Below are positions 40,913-54,313 of a DNA stretch of 64,000 nt, piece after piece. The translations under genes were made by a program, and so were the position numbers. The stretch covers positions 46,996,001-47,060,000 of the forward strand of contig OX597832.1 in the NCBI GenBank assembly GCA_951406725.2. The letters run 5' to 3'. Source of the stretch: Octopus vulgaris. Lineage: Eukaryota. Each line of letters opens with the position of its first letter. Positions within the stretch are counted from its first letter, which is position 1. The notes under the pieces are model-generated. The model saw only the letters and a program-made list of their open reading frames with translations, did not search any database and had not been told where the DNA came from.

Positions 40913-40998
40913 TTAGTACAATTGTTTCATACTACAACATTTTATTAAAAGCTGTAAATATTACAGCAGATTTAAGATGCCGAGTAATCTTCAGCTAA
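40913..40998 (-). ncRNA. Type I hammerhead ribozyme motif with long stem II
   Basis: Minus strand UUAG-CUGAAGA-U-UAC...GUA-U-GAAA-CAAUUG-UA^-CUAA: stem I UUAG/CUAA, palindromic ACAAUUGU stem III, GUA site; stem II contains the GCUGUAA/UUACAGC hairpin. Lies in a ~350-bp island (40778-41118) between TA tracts. Confidence 0.7.
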
Positions 40999-41135
40999 TT
41001 TATATAGGTTTTCCAATAGTATAAAAGTTTTCAAATCAATTAATAACATCTTAGGGAAGGTAAATATACAGATAAAGATGTAGATATGAATCTTAGGAAT
41101 CTTAGGAACATGAGATCGTGTGGTTCAGATGCTAA

Positions 41136-41225
<90 letters not shown>

Positions 41226-41503
41226 ATGTATGTATGCACATACACACACATATACATATATATGCATATATATATATATGTATGTATATATATATATGTG
41301 TGTGTGTATGTATATGTATGTATTCCTTTATTGTTTCAGTCATTTGACAGTTGCCATGCTGGAGCATCGCATCTAGTCGAACAAATCGACTCCAGAACTT
41401 ATTCCTAACCACTAAGCCACGCGCCTCCACTAATGCACACATATCTATACATTTATAAGTGCATGTACATTGGAAAGCAAAAGGAGAGACGGAGAGAGGG
41501 AGA

Positions 41504-41542
<39 letters not shown>

Positions 41543-41857
41543 AGAGTGCCTGACTAAGACAGACATATAGATATAGATATAGTTAATAGTTGGATAGGTA
41601 GACACATATACAGTCATAGGGTTAGATAATGAATGTCAGGCTCGCTGGATGTTTTCCACAACATAAAAATATTTGTAACATCTGGAGTGTTTTATGTTGG
41701 ATGAACAAACGCATATTCGCATGCACAAGCATACTACACACCTTGTATAAATATATACGCAGCATGCACATACGTATATAAATATGCCATCTATTAATAT
41801 AGCATATGATACATGTGCGTGTATATTGCTGTGTAGGTGCGTACCTGTATGTATGAA

Positions 41858-41898
<41 letters not shown>

Positions 41899-42026
41899 TA
41901 ATTTGCATATATCTATGTATATATATATATATATATATATACATACATATATATATACATATATATATATATGCATGTAGTATATATATATATATAGGTA
42001 TATATATATATGTCTATATAAATATG

Positions 42027-42193
<167 letters not shown>

Positions 42194-42260
42194 ATGTATA
42201 TATATGTGTGTGTGTATGAATATTTAATTCATACAATAATAGCAATAGGAAATATAGGAA

Positions 42261-42295
<35 letters not shown>

Positions 42296-42664
42296 CTAGC
42301 GCTAGTGGTAGTAGTAGCAGTAGTAGTAGTAGTAGCATTAGTAGTAGTAGTAGCAGTAGTAGAATTGTAATGAATTTTCTTTTATTTCCCGCACTCCAAT
42401 TATCACAATATCAGGCGAAATGCAAATTCCTGTCTGCCTAACAGATGAAAAGGATTAAAAAACAACCATTTATGTGATACATTTGGAATAAATAGTAAGA
42501 TAACATTTTCTGATATAGAAATAAAAATGGTTCACATATACGTTTTCAGTCTAAAAATATAAGAAAAAAACGCGTTACGAAAATTTGCTAAATATTTAGC
42601 TCCAAATAAGAGGGTGAACTTTTAAGTATGAAAGTTTTAGAACAGAGTGAAGAAATGGGAGATA

Positions 42665-43066
42665 AATGCAGGAGTAGTTGTGTGGTAAGTAGCTTGCTAA
42701 ACAACCACATGGTTCCGGGTTCAGTCCCACTGCATGGCATCTTGGGCAAGTGTCTTCTGCTATAGCCCCGGGCCGACCAATGCCTTGTGAGTGGATTTGG
42801 TAGACAGAAACTGAAAGAAGCCTGTCGTATATATATATATATGTATGTATGTGTGTGTGTTTGTGTGTCTGCGTTTGTCCCCCTAGCATTGCTTGACAAC
42901 CGATGCTGGTGTGTTTATGTCCCCGTCACTTAGCGCTTCGGCAAAAGAGACCGATAGAATAAGTACTGGGCTTACAAAAAAGAATAAGTCCCGGGGTCGA
43001 TTTGCTCGACTAAAGGCGGTGCTCCAGCATGGTCGCAGTCAAATGACTGAAACAAGTAAAAGAGTA
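42665..43066 (+). mobile_element. SINE family A, near full length
   Basis: Colinear with 52708-53123. Confidence 0.92.
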
Positions 43067-43149
43067 ATTGAAGGAATGGAAGTTATATTCTTGGGCTGCC
43101 ATTTATATATGAAGCACTGCAAGTATTTTTAAGTCGATATTTTTCATCT

Positions 43150-43375
43150 TTCACATGCTTCAGTTACTAGGCTGCGGCCATGCTGGGGTACCGGATCCAA
43201 AGCGCTTTAGTTAAACAAATCGACGCCTGTACTTACGTGTTCAATTTAGTCGAATGAATCTTAAGTCAGGTACTTATTCAGTCAGTCTCGTTTGCCAAAC
43301 TTCTAAGTTACTGGGATGTAAACAAACCATCACTGGTTGTCAAGCAGTTGTGGAGAGGGACAAACACTGATACAA
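43150..43375 (-). mobile_element. Diverged family A-related 3' half
   Basis: CTGCGGCCATGCTGG...GTACTTATTC...GGTTGTCAAGC. Confidence 0.65.
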
Positions 43376-43415
43376 CGACTCAGACACTATATATATATAT
43401 ATACACTCACACACA

Positions 43416-43475
<60 letters not shown>

Positions 43476-43494
43476 CATGTGTGTGAACGTGTAT

Positions 43495-43541
<47 letters not shown>

Positions 43542-44009
43542 GCAGCCACAACACCAAGCTGTAGTGAAGAATAAAAAAAACTTTATGTTAGTAAAAATAT
43601 GTTTATGACATATTTTTAATATCTAAGGGATAATTCACTGCAGCTACCGTGGAAAAAAGGATTCTCTCTTGTGGGAAAAAGTGTAAAACACCATATATGC
43701 TCAGTGCTTCCCACTTTGCCAAAAGCAACGATAACCGTTTGACAAAAGAAAAGAACCAATCGATTAGTTAGATGGATATTTAAACAACTGAATAAAGAAG
43801 TGAAATTGAACCAGTGCCTGTGTTAATATTTGCATAATGACTCTCACCAGACAGAACAAAATTTGGTTCAACACACGAATTCACAAAAAGAATCTTGCAA
43901 ATTTATTCGTGTGAGGGCTCTTCAGTGGGTATGTGTGTATGCGTGTGCGTGCGTGTGTGTGTGTGTGTGTGTTAAAATGTGGTTATTATTTTAAAGCAAT
44001 TTTAAGATT

Positions 44010-44330
44010 GTGGAGGCGCAATGGCCCACTGGTTAGGGCAGCGGACTCGCGGTAGGAGGATTGCAGTTTCGATTCCCAGACCGGGCGTTGTGTGTGTTTA
44101 TTGAGCGAAAACACCGAAAAGCTCCACGAGGCTCCGGCAAGGGGTGGTGGCGACCCCTGCTGTACTCTTCCGCCCCAACATTCTCTCATTCTTTCTTCCT
44201 GTTTCTTGAGTAAAGCTGCGATGGACTGTCATCCCATCCAGCTGGGGTGAACACATACGTCACAGAAACCGGGAAACCGGGGCCAGGAGCCTGGCTAGGC
44301 TTGAAAAGGGCGCATAAATAAATAAATAAT
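44010..44330 (+). mobile_element. SINE family C2 (C head + V-like domain, (TAAA)n tail)
   Basis: C head, then GCTGCGATGGACTGTCATCCCATCCAG, ending GGGCGCATAAATAAATAAAT. AATTTTAAGA flanks both ends. Confidence 0.88.
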
Positions 44331-45017
44331 TAAATTTTAAGAATAACAACGGGATTCACTGATGTCTTTGCACCCAAAATAGATTCAACAACTAGAATAT
44401 CTTTTCCCGACAAGTGTTTATATATGGCAAGGAAGCCTCATCAAAAGAGTGAAGCGTGTATGATGAGTTTTACGATTTGTTAACAAAATTGCAAGAATAG
44501 GAAATGATATTTTATTCGCGGTAGTAAATTAAATAAAAATTTCAAGTTCAATAAACAGATTAATTATACAGGTCATAGCTCGAATGGAATATATGTTTGA
44601 TTCGATATTAATTTTACTTGTTTTCTTTCTGGTTTTTTGTTTTTGTTTTTAACAAATTCTAAAACTTGTGATACACACTTCATTCTTTTGATGAAGATTT
44701 CGTCACAGTGTAAGTGCTAGAACAATAACTGGCAAAAAGATTCCACTCTATGCAGTAAATGTAAGGCTGAAATTCGAAGTCCCTTTCAAATTGATCCGTT
44801 TACAGCACAAACACCCACGCGAGCGCGAGGGCATTTAGACACACAAACACACACACGTAAAAATACACACACAAATATACGCAAACACACAAACAAACAC
44901 GAACACACCGACACACCCACCAATACACACATATCTGTGTATGTATGTGTCTATATACACATCCATCAATTTCTGTGTGTGTATGTGTGTTTCTTTGCCT
45001 GCCTCTCTCAACTTTCC

Positions 45018-45054
<37 letters not shown>

Positions 45055-46668
45055 ATATATCATATATATATATATATATAGATATATGCATGTATATATA
45101 TATACATACAGACATACATAATTACATACAAGCATACATACATAAATACATAATGCATGCACGCATACATACATAATACATACATACATATATACATACA
45201 TGCATACATACATAATACATACATACATGCATACATACATAATACATACATACATAGATAATACCTACATACATATATACATACATGCATACATGCATAC
45301 ATACATACATACATACATACATACATAAATGTCTATAATTTTATTAAATTTTATTTTTATCTCGTGCAATTTATCTATAAATTCTTATCGAATATATATA
45401 TTTTCTATAATTTTGCTTTCATTCGCTTTCGTAATTTTTATTTTGCTTTCCGAATTTCAATTGTGTTATTTTCCTATTTGCAATGGAAAATACAATTTTG
45501 TATTTCTATAATAATTTTTCCCTTTTTAATACATACATAATAACATAATATAAACACAAATATGATTATTAAATAATTTATTGTCTATTGTAATATTATA
45601 TTTGTTTTCTCTTCTCTTCTCTTCTCTTCTTACATTAAATATGGTGTTAATTCTTTTATAAATATTTTTGTGTAGTCTTCTTTGTTGTCGGATGTAATTC
45701 CTCATGTTTCATTCTATATTTATTGTCGAAAGGAAAGACGAGAAGCAATAAACGAACGGGTGGTGAAAACATAAGTGAATAATGGACAATGAGTTATACA
45801 TTGATTACTATTAGTCATTGATGTCATTGTCTCTCGCTGTTTGACATTTAATCCGGTGTATTTTTAGATATAATTATTCATTCATTCCATTCAGCGTCGA
45901 TGGAAGCCGACGCTTCCGCGTGAACATTTCTTTTCAGTTGTTGCGCTTCCTTTCCTTTTCTTCTTATTAATTTTCGTTTTTGTGGTTTTTGCGATGATAA
46001 GAAATTGATGTCTTTATCATTAAAAATTCTTGTTTCATTCGCTTTAGCTAATTCACGGAATCTTCTCCGAATTACACCCCCAAATCACCACCTACCCACC
46101 GCCCGCCCGCCCCAAATCGAAATACATTGATTATAAATTGTAATGTAACGCCCGTTCTATTTTCGTGTTACATCTTTCAAACTATAAAAGACTATATTTA
46201 TTTCGCAATGTAATTTAAATTTGGAATCTAAATTAAATATATAATTAAGAGCTGAAATCGTTTCACGAACATGGACTTATTCGTACATTGAATCTGCACA
46301 ATAATTTCTATTACCCTATCGGTCAGGATTTCTATAGAATTCGCTTTGTATTATCTGCATTTCTTATACGATTTTGTAATCCTACACAAAAGCGGTGTCA
46401 TTGAACATGTACATGCATGACAGATACACTGTAACAATCTCTGAACTTCTGATTTCAAGATATTCCCGTCAACTTTATACTTCAGACTTGTCAAAAATAT
46501 GCGCCAGCCAATTTACTAGTTTCGTTTCGTTCCATAATACCTTCCAGCAAATCATTTATGGTCATGTATTATAGTTTTGGATTCAAATTTTGGCACAAGG
46601 CCGCCAGTAAGTTCGGGCAAGTGAGTAAATCGATTACATCGACCACCAGTGTTCATCACATACTTATT

Positions 46669-47038
<370 letters not shown>

Positions 47039-47039
<1 letters not shown>

Positions 47040-47114
47040 TATGTTTGACTTTTGCTTTATATTTGTACAAGTTGGCTCCAAGTCTCACCCAGAGACCTCA
47101 AGAGATGTCTGGCC
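47039..47114 (-). mobile_element. Probable 3' end of an R4/Dong-type retrotransposon in (TAA)n
   Basis: 76-bp insert bounded by ATT repeats; minus strand ends ...GCAAAAGTCAAACATAG(AAT)n. Assignment by context. Confidence 0.55.
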
Positions 47115-47157
<43 letters not shown>

Positions 47158-47161
<4 letters not shown>

Positions 47162-47284
47162 TGTGCAGCTCTATCGTGCCTGTTGAGATACTCTGTAGGC
47201 GCTAGAAGCTGCACTTGGAACCACATGGTCAATGGTTTCATTTTGTTGCTTGCATACACGACACGTTGGACTGCTTCGATCTTT
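47158..47284 (-). pseudogene. Fragment of RLE-type (R4/Dong-like) retrotransposon ORF: CCHC finger + RHD motif
   Basis: Minus-strand translation KDRSSPTCRVCKQQNETIDHVV / CS / LAPTEYLNRHDRAAQY with small frameshifts. CRxC..ET..H....C followed by YxxRHD is the pre-endonuclease signature of R2/R4-group elements. Confidence 0.85.
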
Positions 47285-47285
47285 A

Positions 47286-47320
<35 letters not shown>

Positions 47321-47342
47321 CATTATTATTATTATTATTATC

Positions 47343-47388
<46 letters not shown>

Positions 47389-47404
47389 TTTTTTTTTTTT
47401 TTTT

Positions 47405-47520
47405 CAAATTTGCTTCCATTTCTTGCCGAGTGTCTACCCGACTCCTAGGGCAAAGAAACTCATAGTATACATTGGTAGGCCATTAAACTAAACTCAATAG
47501 TTCGTTCATTTTTCTTAATT
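47405..47520 (-). mobile_element. Probable 3' UTR of a second non-LTR element with poly(A)+(TAA)n tail
   Basis: Minus strand ...GCCCTAGGAGTCGGGTAGACACTCGGCAAGAAATGGAAGCAAATTTG-A17-(TAA)n. Confidence 0.55.
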
Positions 47521-47581
47521 TTTTTTAAAGTTAAATTTTTTTTAAAGTTAAATTATTATTATTATTATTATTATTATTATA

Positions 47582-47623
<42 letters not shown>

Positions 47624-47892
47624 GTTATTATTATTATTATTTTCAGGTGAGGACTATCAAACGCAAACGCAAATTCATCGAGAAGTAGGTAGGAACGTTT
47701 GATTTTTTCTTTCCCCTTCATTTCTTTCAACAACCTTATATCGATTTTATCTTTGTTATTTCCTGGAACTTGCCGAAGAAATCAGGCGAATCCATTAAAA
47801 GGATCATCAGTTTGCTTTGTACATTTCTCTTCTATTTTGTAATTGGACGGCTGATTAGCTTTTGTAAGGAAAAAAAACACACACCGATAGCA

Positions 47893-47895
<3 letters not shown>

Positions 47896-47947
<52 letters not shown>

Positions 47948-48275
47948 GAATGATGATGATGGTGAGGGTGGTGAGGATGGGGATGAGGATAATGATTATG
48001 ATGGTGATGATGATGATGATGATAGATGATGTTGTGATGATGATGATGATGATGGTGACGAATGACGATGACGAGAATGATGATGATGGTGATGGCGGTG
48101 ATGATGGTAGATGTTGGTGATGATGGTGAGGATGGGGATGATGATAATGATTATGATGGTGATGGTGATGGTGATGATGATGACGATGTTGTTTGAAGTA
48201 GTGGTGACGATAAGGATGATGATCGTGGTGATGACCATGATTGTGGGATGATTATGGTGATGCTGCTGCTGATGT

Positions 48276-48308
<33 letters not shown>

Positions 48309-48341
48309 TTGGCAATGATGATGGCGATGATGATGATGTGG

Positions 48342-48373
<32 letters not shown>

Positions 48374-48730
48374 GATAATGTTGGCAATGATGATGGCGAT
48401 GATGATGATGTGGATGATGATGATGATGATGGTGCTGATGATGACGATGATGATGATAATGTTGGCAATGATGATGGCGATGATGGATGATGTGGATGAT
48501 GATGATGATGATGGTGATGATGATGGTGATGAGGTTGTATGGTGATGATGCTGATGATGACTATGATGATGATGATGATGTTTATGATAAGGATGTTGAC
48601 GAAGATAATGAGGATGAGGATGATGCTGATGAGGAGGATGAGGCGGAAGCTGATTAGGAGAATAGGGGGGGATGAAGATGATGGTGACGACGGAGAGGAG
48701 GTGAAAGAACGTGAATACGATGAAGAAGAG
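47896..48730. repeat. (GAT)n compound tract with a three-copy higher-order unit
   Basis: ATGTTGGCAATGATGATGGCGATGAT...GTGGATGAT recurs at ~48306, ~48378 and ~48459. Confidence 0.92.
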
Positions 48731-49089
48731 TAAAAGGAGGTAGTGGTGGTGTTTTGATGCTGATATTTAACGGAAATTTTCAAAAAATTGAAAAACGTCT
48801 TAAAATATGTTGGAGCGCAAATCTTAGAAAAAACAAACAACAATATTTTGACAAATGATTTACGATTAACGGGAAAATGAGTGTATATATGTGTGTGTGT
48901 GTATGTATGTATGTATGTATGTATGTATGTATGTATGTATGTATGTATGTATGTATGTATGTGTGTGTATTTTCTGCACGTATATGTATATATTTGTGAC
49001 TATAATTTTCTTTTAGTGTATGATGTGTGGGTGTAACAGAAATGAGTGCCTATGTGTGCGTGTAATTGTGTGTGTGTGTGTATGTGTGC

Positions 49090-49157
<68 letters not shown>

Positions 49158-49379
49158 ATGTGAGAATTTGCTGCAGCGAAAAATGTTTACATTCACATGC
49201 GCTTGTATAGACACAATTATACTATATACATATCGGTGCTTTAGCAATCATGCTATGTATGTGTAGATATGTATGCAAAACTAGCGGCAGAATTGAGTGA
49301 CAGTAGAAGGGGAAAATGTAATAATCTGAAAAAAGCAAGATTAGGGAACATGATATATATACGTATACATATACATGTA

Positions 49380-49551
49380 TATATACGAAGGTCTTCGTCC
49401 AGTTTCCGTCAACCAAATCCACTCACAAGGCTTTGGTCCTCCCGAGATTATAGATGAAGAAACCTGCTCAAAGAGCCACGCAGTGGAACTGAACCCGGAA
49501 CTATGTGGTTCGTAAGCAAGCTACTTACCACAAAGCCACTCCTACGCCTAT
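49380..49551 (-). mobile_element. Diverged SINE family A left half
   Basis: CAGTTTCCGTC...CCAAATCCACTCACAAGG...GAACCCGGAAC...GCCACTCCTACGCCTAT. Confidence 0.8.
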
Positions 49552-50145
49552 ACATACATATATATATATAAAGTGTGTGTGTTTATTATATATGTGTGCA
49601 TATCTGTGGCTTTGTATGTGCGTATATATCTTGCTTATGTATGCATATCTTCGTGTCTGTATTTTTGCATTACTACATATTACACTCGTTCTCCTATAGT
49701 AAGTTGTATTCATCCAGTTGTTGCATCTGTCTGTTTGCCACCTTCGAATTATATTTATGACCCGAGAATTTTCGATTATTAAAACACCAAATCGATACAC
49801 TCACATCATTTCCTTTCTCATTCTTCGTGTGTTCATAAAGAATAGACTACAATACGAGATTACCGTAAAATCTCATTTGATTTCGCTTCAATCGTGTCCA
49901 GTCCGGAAGATGCCATTTGCAGCATCATTCTCGCTAAGTACATACTTAGCGTAAGTCTACATACTTAACTTCCGGTTTGTGAAAAATGTCTAACTTTTCC
50001 TCACCATTGTCACTCAATTGCGTTCACTTGAACAAACCTGATCAGGTGTACAGGCACTCAATTCCGTATTCGTTTCCATTTATAAGATTGGAACCCAAGG
50101 AACCGGATGGTGAGCAATTACAATTTGGAAAGTTCCTTACTGCTT

Positions 50146-50202
50146 ATTATTATTATTGTTGTTATTATTATTATTATTACTATTATTTTTTTATTATTAT
50201 TA

Positions 50203-50236
<34 letters not shown>

Positions 50237-50363
50237 TTTATTATTATTATTATTATTATTATTACTTTATTATTATCATTATTATTATTATTACTTTATT
50301 ATTATTATTATTATTTTTATTATTATTACTTTATTATTATTATTATTATTATTATTACTTTAA

Positions 50364-50417
<54 letters not shown>

Positions 50418-50525
50418 CGTCGTCGTCGTCATCACCATTGTTATTACTACGACTACTGCTACTACTACTGCTACTACTACTACTATCATTATTATTATTA
50501 TCATTATTATTATTATCATTATTAT

Positions 50526-50557
<32 letters not shown>

Positions 50558-50595
50558 TTGGTGGTGGTGGTGGTGGTGGTGGTGGTGGTGGTGGT
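50146..50595. repeat. (ATT)n-(ACT)n-(TAG)n-(TGG)n compound tract
   Basis: Read directly. Confidence 0.93.
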
Positions 50596-50805
50596 ATGTC
50601 AGAGATAGATAATTAGGAGTATTGTGTACACGGGTTCTCACGCTGACAAACAGCCACACATTTCTAAGAAAGAAGTGTAGCACAATTATAAAGACTCTCG
50701 TAGGTATAGACTCTCCATATATATGGAGTCCAAAAGGTAGTGAAACACGTTTGATTTTAGTTGGCAAAGTAGACGGATAAACATAGATACATACAGAGAG
50801 GCTTT

Positions 50806-51480
50806 CATACATACATACATACATACATACATACATACATACATACATACATACATACATACATGCATACATACATACATGCATACATACATACATACAG
50901 ACATACATGCATGCATACATACATGCATGCATGCATACATACATACATACATACATACATACATACATACATACATACATACATACATACATACATACAT
51001 GCATGCATGCATGCATGCATACATACATACAAACATACATACATATATACATGCATACATACATACATGCATGCATGAATGCATACATACATACATACAT
51101 ACATACATGCATGCATGCATGCATGCATACATACATACAAACATACATACATATATACATACAGACATACATACATACATACATACATACATGCATGCAT
51201 ACATACATACATACAAACATACATACATACATACATACATACATGCATGCATACATGCATGTATGCATACATACATACTTACACATACATACATACATAC
51301 ATACATACATACATACGTATATATGTACGTACATACATACATACATACATACATACATGCATGCATGCATACAAACATACATACATACATGCATACATAC
51401 ATACATAAATACATACATATATACATACATACATATATACATATATACATACATACATATATGCATACATACATACATAC
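50806..51480. repeat. (CATA)n/(CATG)n tetranucleotide tract with internal duplications
   Basis: Read directly; source of the MYVC-repeat ORFs. Confidence 0.95.
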
Positions 51481-51545
51481 GTATATATGTACATAGATAT
51501 AAGCATACAAATATACGTCCTTACATAAATACATATATACATACG

Positions 51546-51599
<54 letters not shown>

Positions 51600-51806
51600 G
51601 AATATAATGAGACAACAAAGCCAAGGCAGTGTGAAAATTCTAGGACATTTATAAAGAGAGAGCTAGCCTTACCGATGTTTCGGGGTTACAAAGAATATCC
51701 TATCATTAGAGACGATATGAGAGAGTTAAATAGAAGGAAATAGTAGAGTTGAATATAAGAAGTTATTATGGAAAAGGAGAGTTATAGGAAGTATAAAGCA
51801 AAAATA

Positions 51807-52192
51807 GTGGAGACGCAATGGCCCAGTGGTTAGGGCAGGGGACTCGCGGTCATAGGATCGCGGTTTCGATTCCCAGACCGGGAGTTGTGAGTGTTTATTG
51901 AGCGAAAACACCTAAAAGCTCCACGAGTCTCCGGCAGGGGATGGTGGTGATCCCTGCTGTACTCTTTCACCACAACTTTCTCTCACTCTTACTTCCTGTT
52001 TCTGTTGTACCTGTATTTCAAGGGGCCGGCCTTGTCACTCTCAGTGTCACGCTGAATATCTCCGAGAACTACGTTAAGGGTGCACGTGTCTGTGGAGTGC
52101 TCAGCCACTTACACGTTAATTTCACGAGCAGGCTGTTCTCTTGATTCGGATCAACCGGAACCCTTATCGTCGTAACCGACAGAGTGCTTCCA
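51807..52192 (+). mobile_element. SINE family C1, full length
   Basis: Near-identical to 33569-33952; AAAGCAAAA(A)TA at both flanks. Confidence 0.92.
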
Positions 52193-52324
52193 AAGCAAAA
52201 TACGAGAATAAAAATGAAGACATATGTTGGATGTTACGGATGCAGATCCATTATCTAAGAAATGTGCTGTGTAAAACAGATTAAGAAGCTTCTTGTCTAT
52301 GGTATGTTTAACTCTCTCATATCG

Positions 52325-52370
52325 TCTCTGATGATGGGATATCATTTATATTCCTGAAACAGCTGTAAGA
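52325..52370 (+). ncRNA. Type I hammerhead ribozyme motif, canonical core
   Basis: UCU-CUGAUGA-U-GGGAUAU(CAUUU)AUAUUCC-U-GAAA-CAGCUG-UA^-AGA: 7-bp stem II, palindromic ACAGCUGU stem III, GUA site after 52367, 3-bp stem I. Lies in a ~380-bp island (52203-52582) ending in (TA)n. Confidence 0.78.
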
Positions 52371-52578
52371 AAACCTCACTCTTTCTAAGTATCCGAAATA
52401 TTTCACTTTACCTTGGTTTTGTTGTCTCATTTTACCCAATAGGTACACGCTCACACACGACCCGCGTTAGACTTCTCACTATTACCATTATCTAACCGGG
52501 AGTCTAACAGCAGTACTTCCGTAGCACTTACAATGCCTTAGCTGCCTTTTGGGTCCCCTGGATAACTAAGCCCCAAAT

Positions 52579-52620
<42 letters not shown>

Positions 52621-52707
52621 CAAAGAATAAGTCCTGGGGTCGATTTCTTCGTCTAGAAAACATTTAAGGCAATGCTCCAGTAAGTAAGTTAATACATATA
52701 TATATAT

Positions 52708-53120
52708 ATAGGCGCAGGAGTGGCTGTGTGGTAAGTAGCTTGCTAACCAACCACATGGTTCCGGGTTCAGTCCCACTGCGTGGCATCTTGAGCAAGTGTC
52801 TTCTGCTATAGCCCCGGGCCGACCAATGCCTTGTGAGTGGATTTGGTAGACGGAAACTGAAAGAAGCCTGTCGTATATATGTATATATATATAAGTGTGT
52901 GTGTGTATATGTTTGTGTGTCTGTGTTTGTCCCCCTAGCATTGCTTGACAACCGATGCTGGTGTGTTTACGTCCCCGTCACATAGCGGTTCGGCAAAAGA
53001 GACCGATAGAATAAGTACTGGGCTTACAAAGAATAAGTCCCGGTGTCGATTTGCTCGACTAAAGGCGGTGCTCCAGCATGGCCGCAGTCAAATGACTGAA
53101 ACAAGTAAAAGAGTAAAAGA

Positions 53121-53123
<3 letters not shown>
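52708..53123 (+). mobile_element. SINE family A, full length, inside (TA)n
   Basis: TA repeats on both sides; complete head and (TAAAAGAG)2 tail. Confidence 0.93.
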
Positions 53124-53161
<38 letters not shown>

Positions 53162-53980
53162 CTTTCGTTTCAGTCATTTTAGTCTAACAAATCTGCCCCA
53201 ATAGTAGTAATTTTTAAGTCTGTTACTCATTCTATTTACAACCTTTGCCGAGCTGCTGAGTTGCGGTGACGCAAACTAACCAACACCGGTTGTGAAGTAC
53301 TATTGGGTAGCAAATACAAAAATACTTTCTCGCTGAATTATGAGGCACAGATTTCGTTCCTCCTTCCTGCTTGATAACCTGGTAAAGTGCCGTATAATAT
53401 GTCCCGGATCATTGTAACCTTTGAGAGTGCGAAAGCGCATCGCATAGATTATATTTGTATTTCAACGGAACAACCTCGTCTCACACACAGTCTCGTGTTG
53501 ATCTTGTCTCAAGATTACATTAGGAAGACACAATCTGAGCCACTTCCAAATTGATTCAACGAGTAGGTTCTTCAGTTGGTCGAATAACTAAATGCTCAAC
53601 GCCAAAACCGTTTGAGTGCTATTTCCCTTAATACTTTCAGTTTCTCTGCTACCACGATCTTTCTAATTACAACGTTTTAATTTTAGTATAATTACGATAA
53701 TTGAAAAAAGAACTTCACTAGTGACAGTGTCTTCTTAAAAATGTGTTAAATTTCAGATGTTAAATTTCAGATTACCTCTGCTGCAGATTAATCCCCGGAA
53801 ACGTAGTAAAGCGTACAGATTACCAGAAGATAGCAACCTAGAATTTCCTGCACCAAAGCCAAACTTGTGTTCCTCCCTAATGATAGATAACCGAATGCAA
53901 ATCAAAATCCAATTTTCGCATAATTTTAACATATATTTTAATATATATTTTAATCTTTATTTTATGAGGGTAAAGTGCAA

Positions 53981-54011
<31 letters not shown>

Positions 54012-54195
54012 GGGTGTATGTATGTGTGTGTAAAGATGATGCAGAGGAAAATATATAACTCAAAATATGAGAATATGTATATTATTTTTATTAATATTTA
54101 GCAGAAACGATAGTTGCTCAAGGCCCGAGAGATTCGTACGCTTGACAAGTGACAACACACGAAACTCACGGTCCTTGAGTCACTCTGTTGCTTCT

Positions 54196-54313
<118 letters not shown>

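Noticed and set aside
47641-47695. Possible micro-exon TTTCAG|GTGAGG...GAAGTAG|GTAGGA
   Set aside because: Short, no partner exons or recognisable peptide; expected by chance.
50525-51743. 300-aa MYVC/HTYI-repeat ORFs
   Set aside because: Translations of the (CATA/CATG)n tract.
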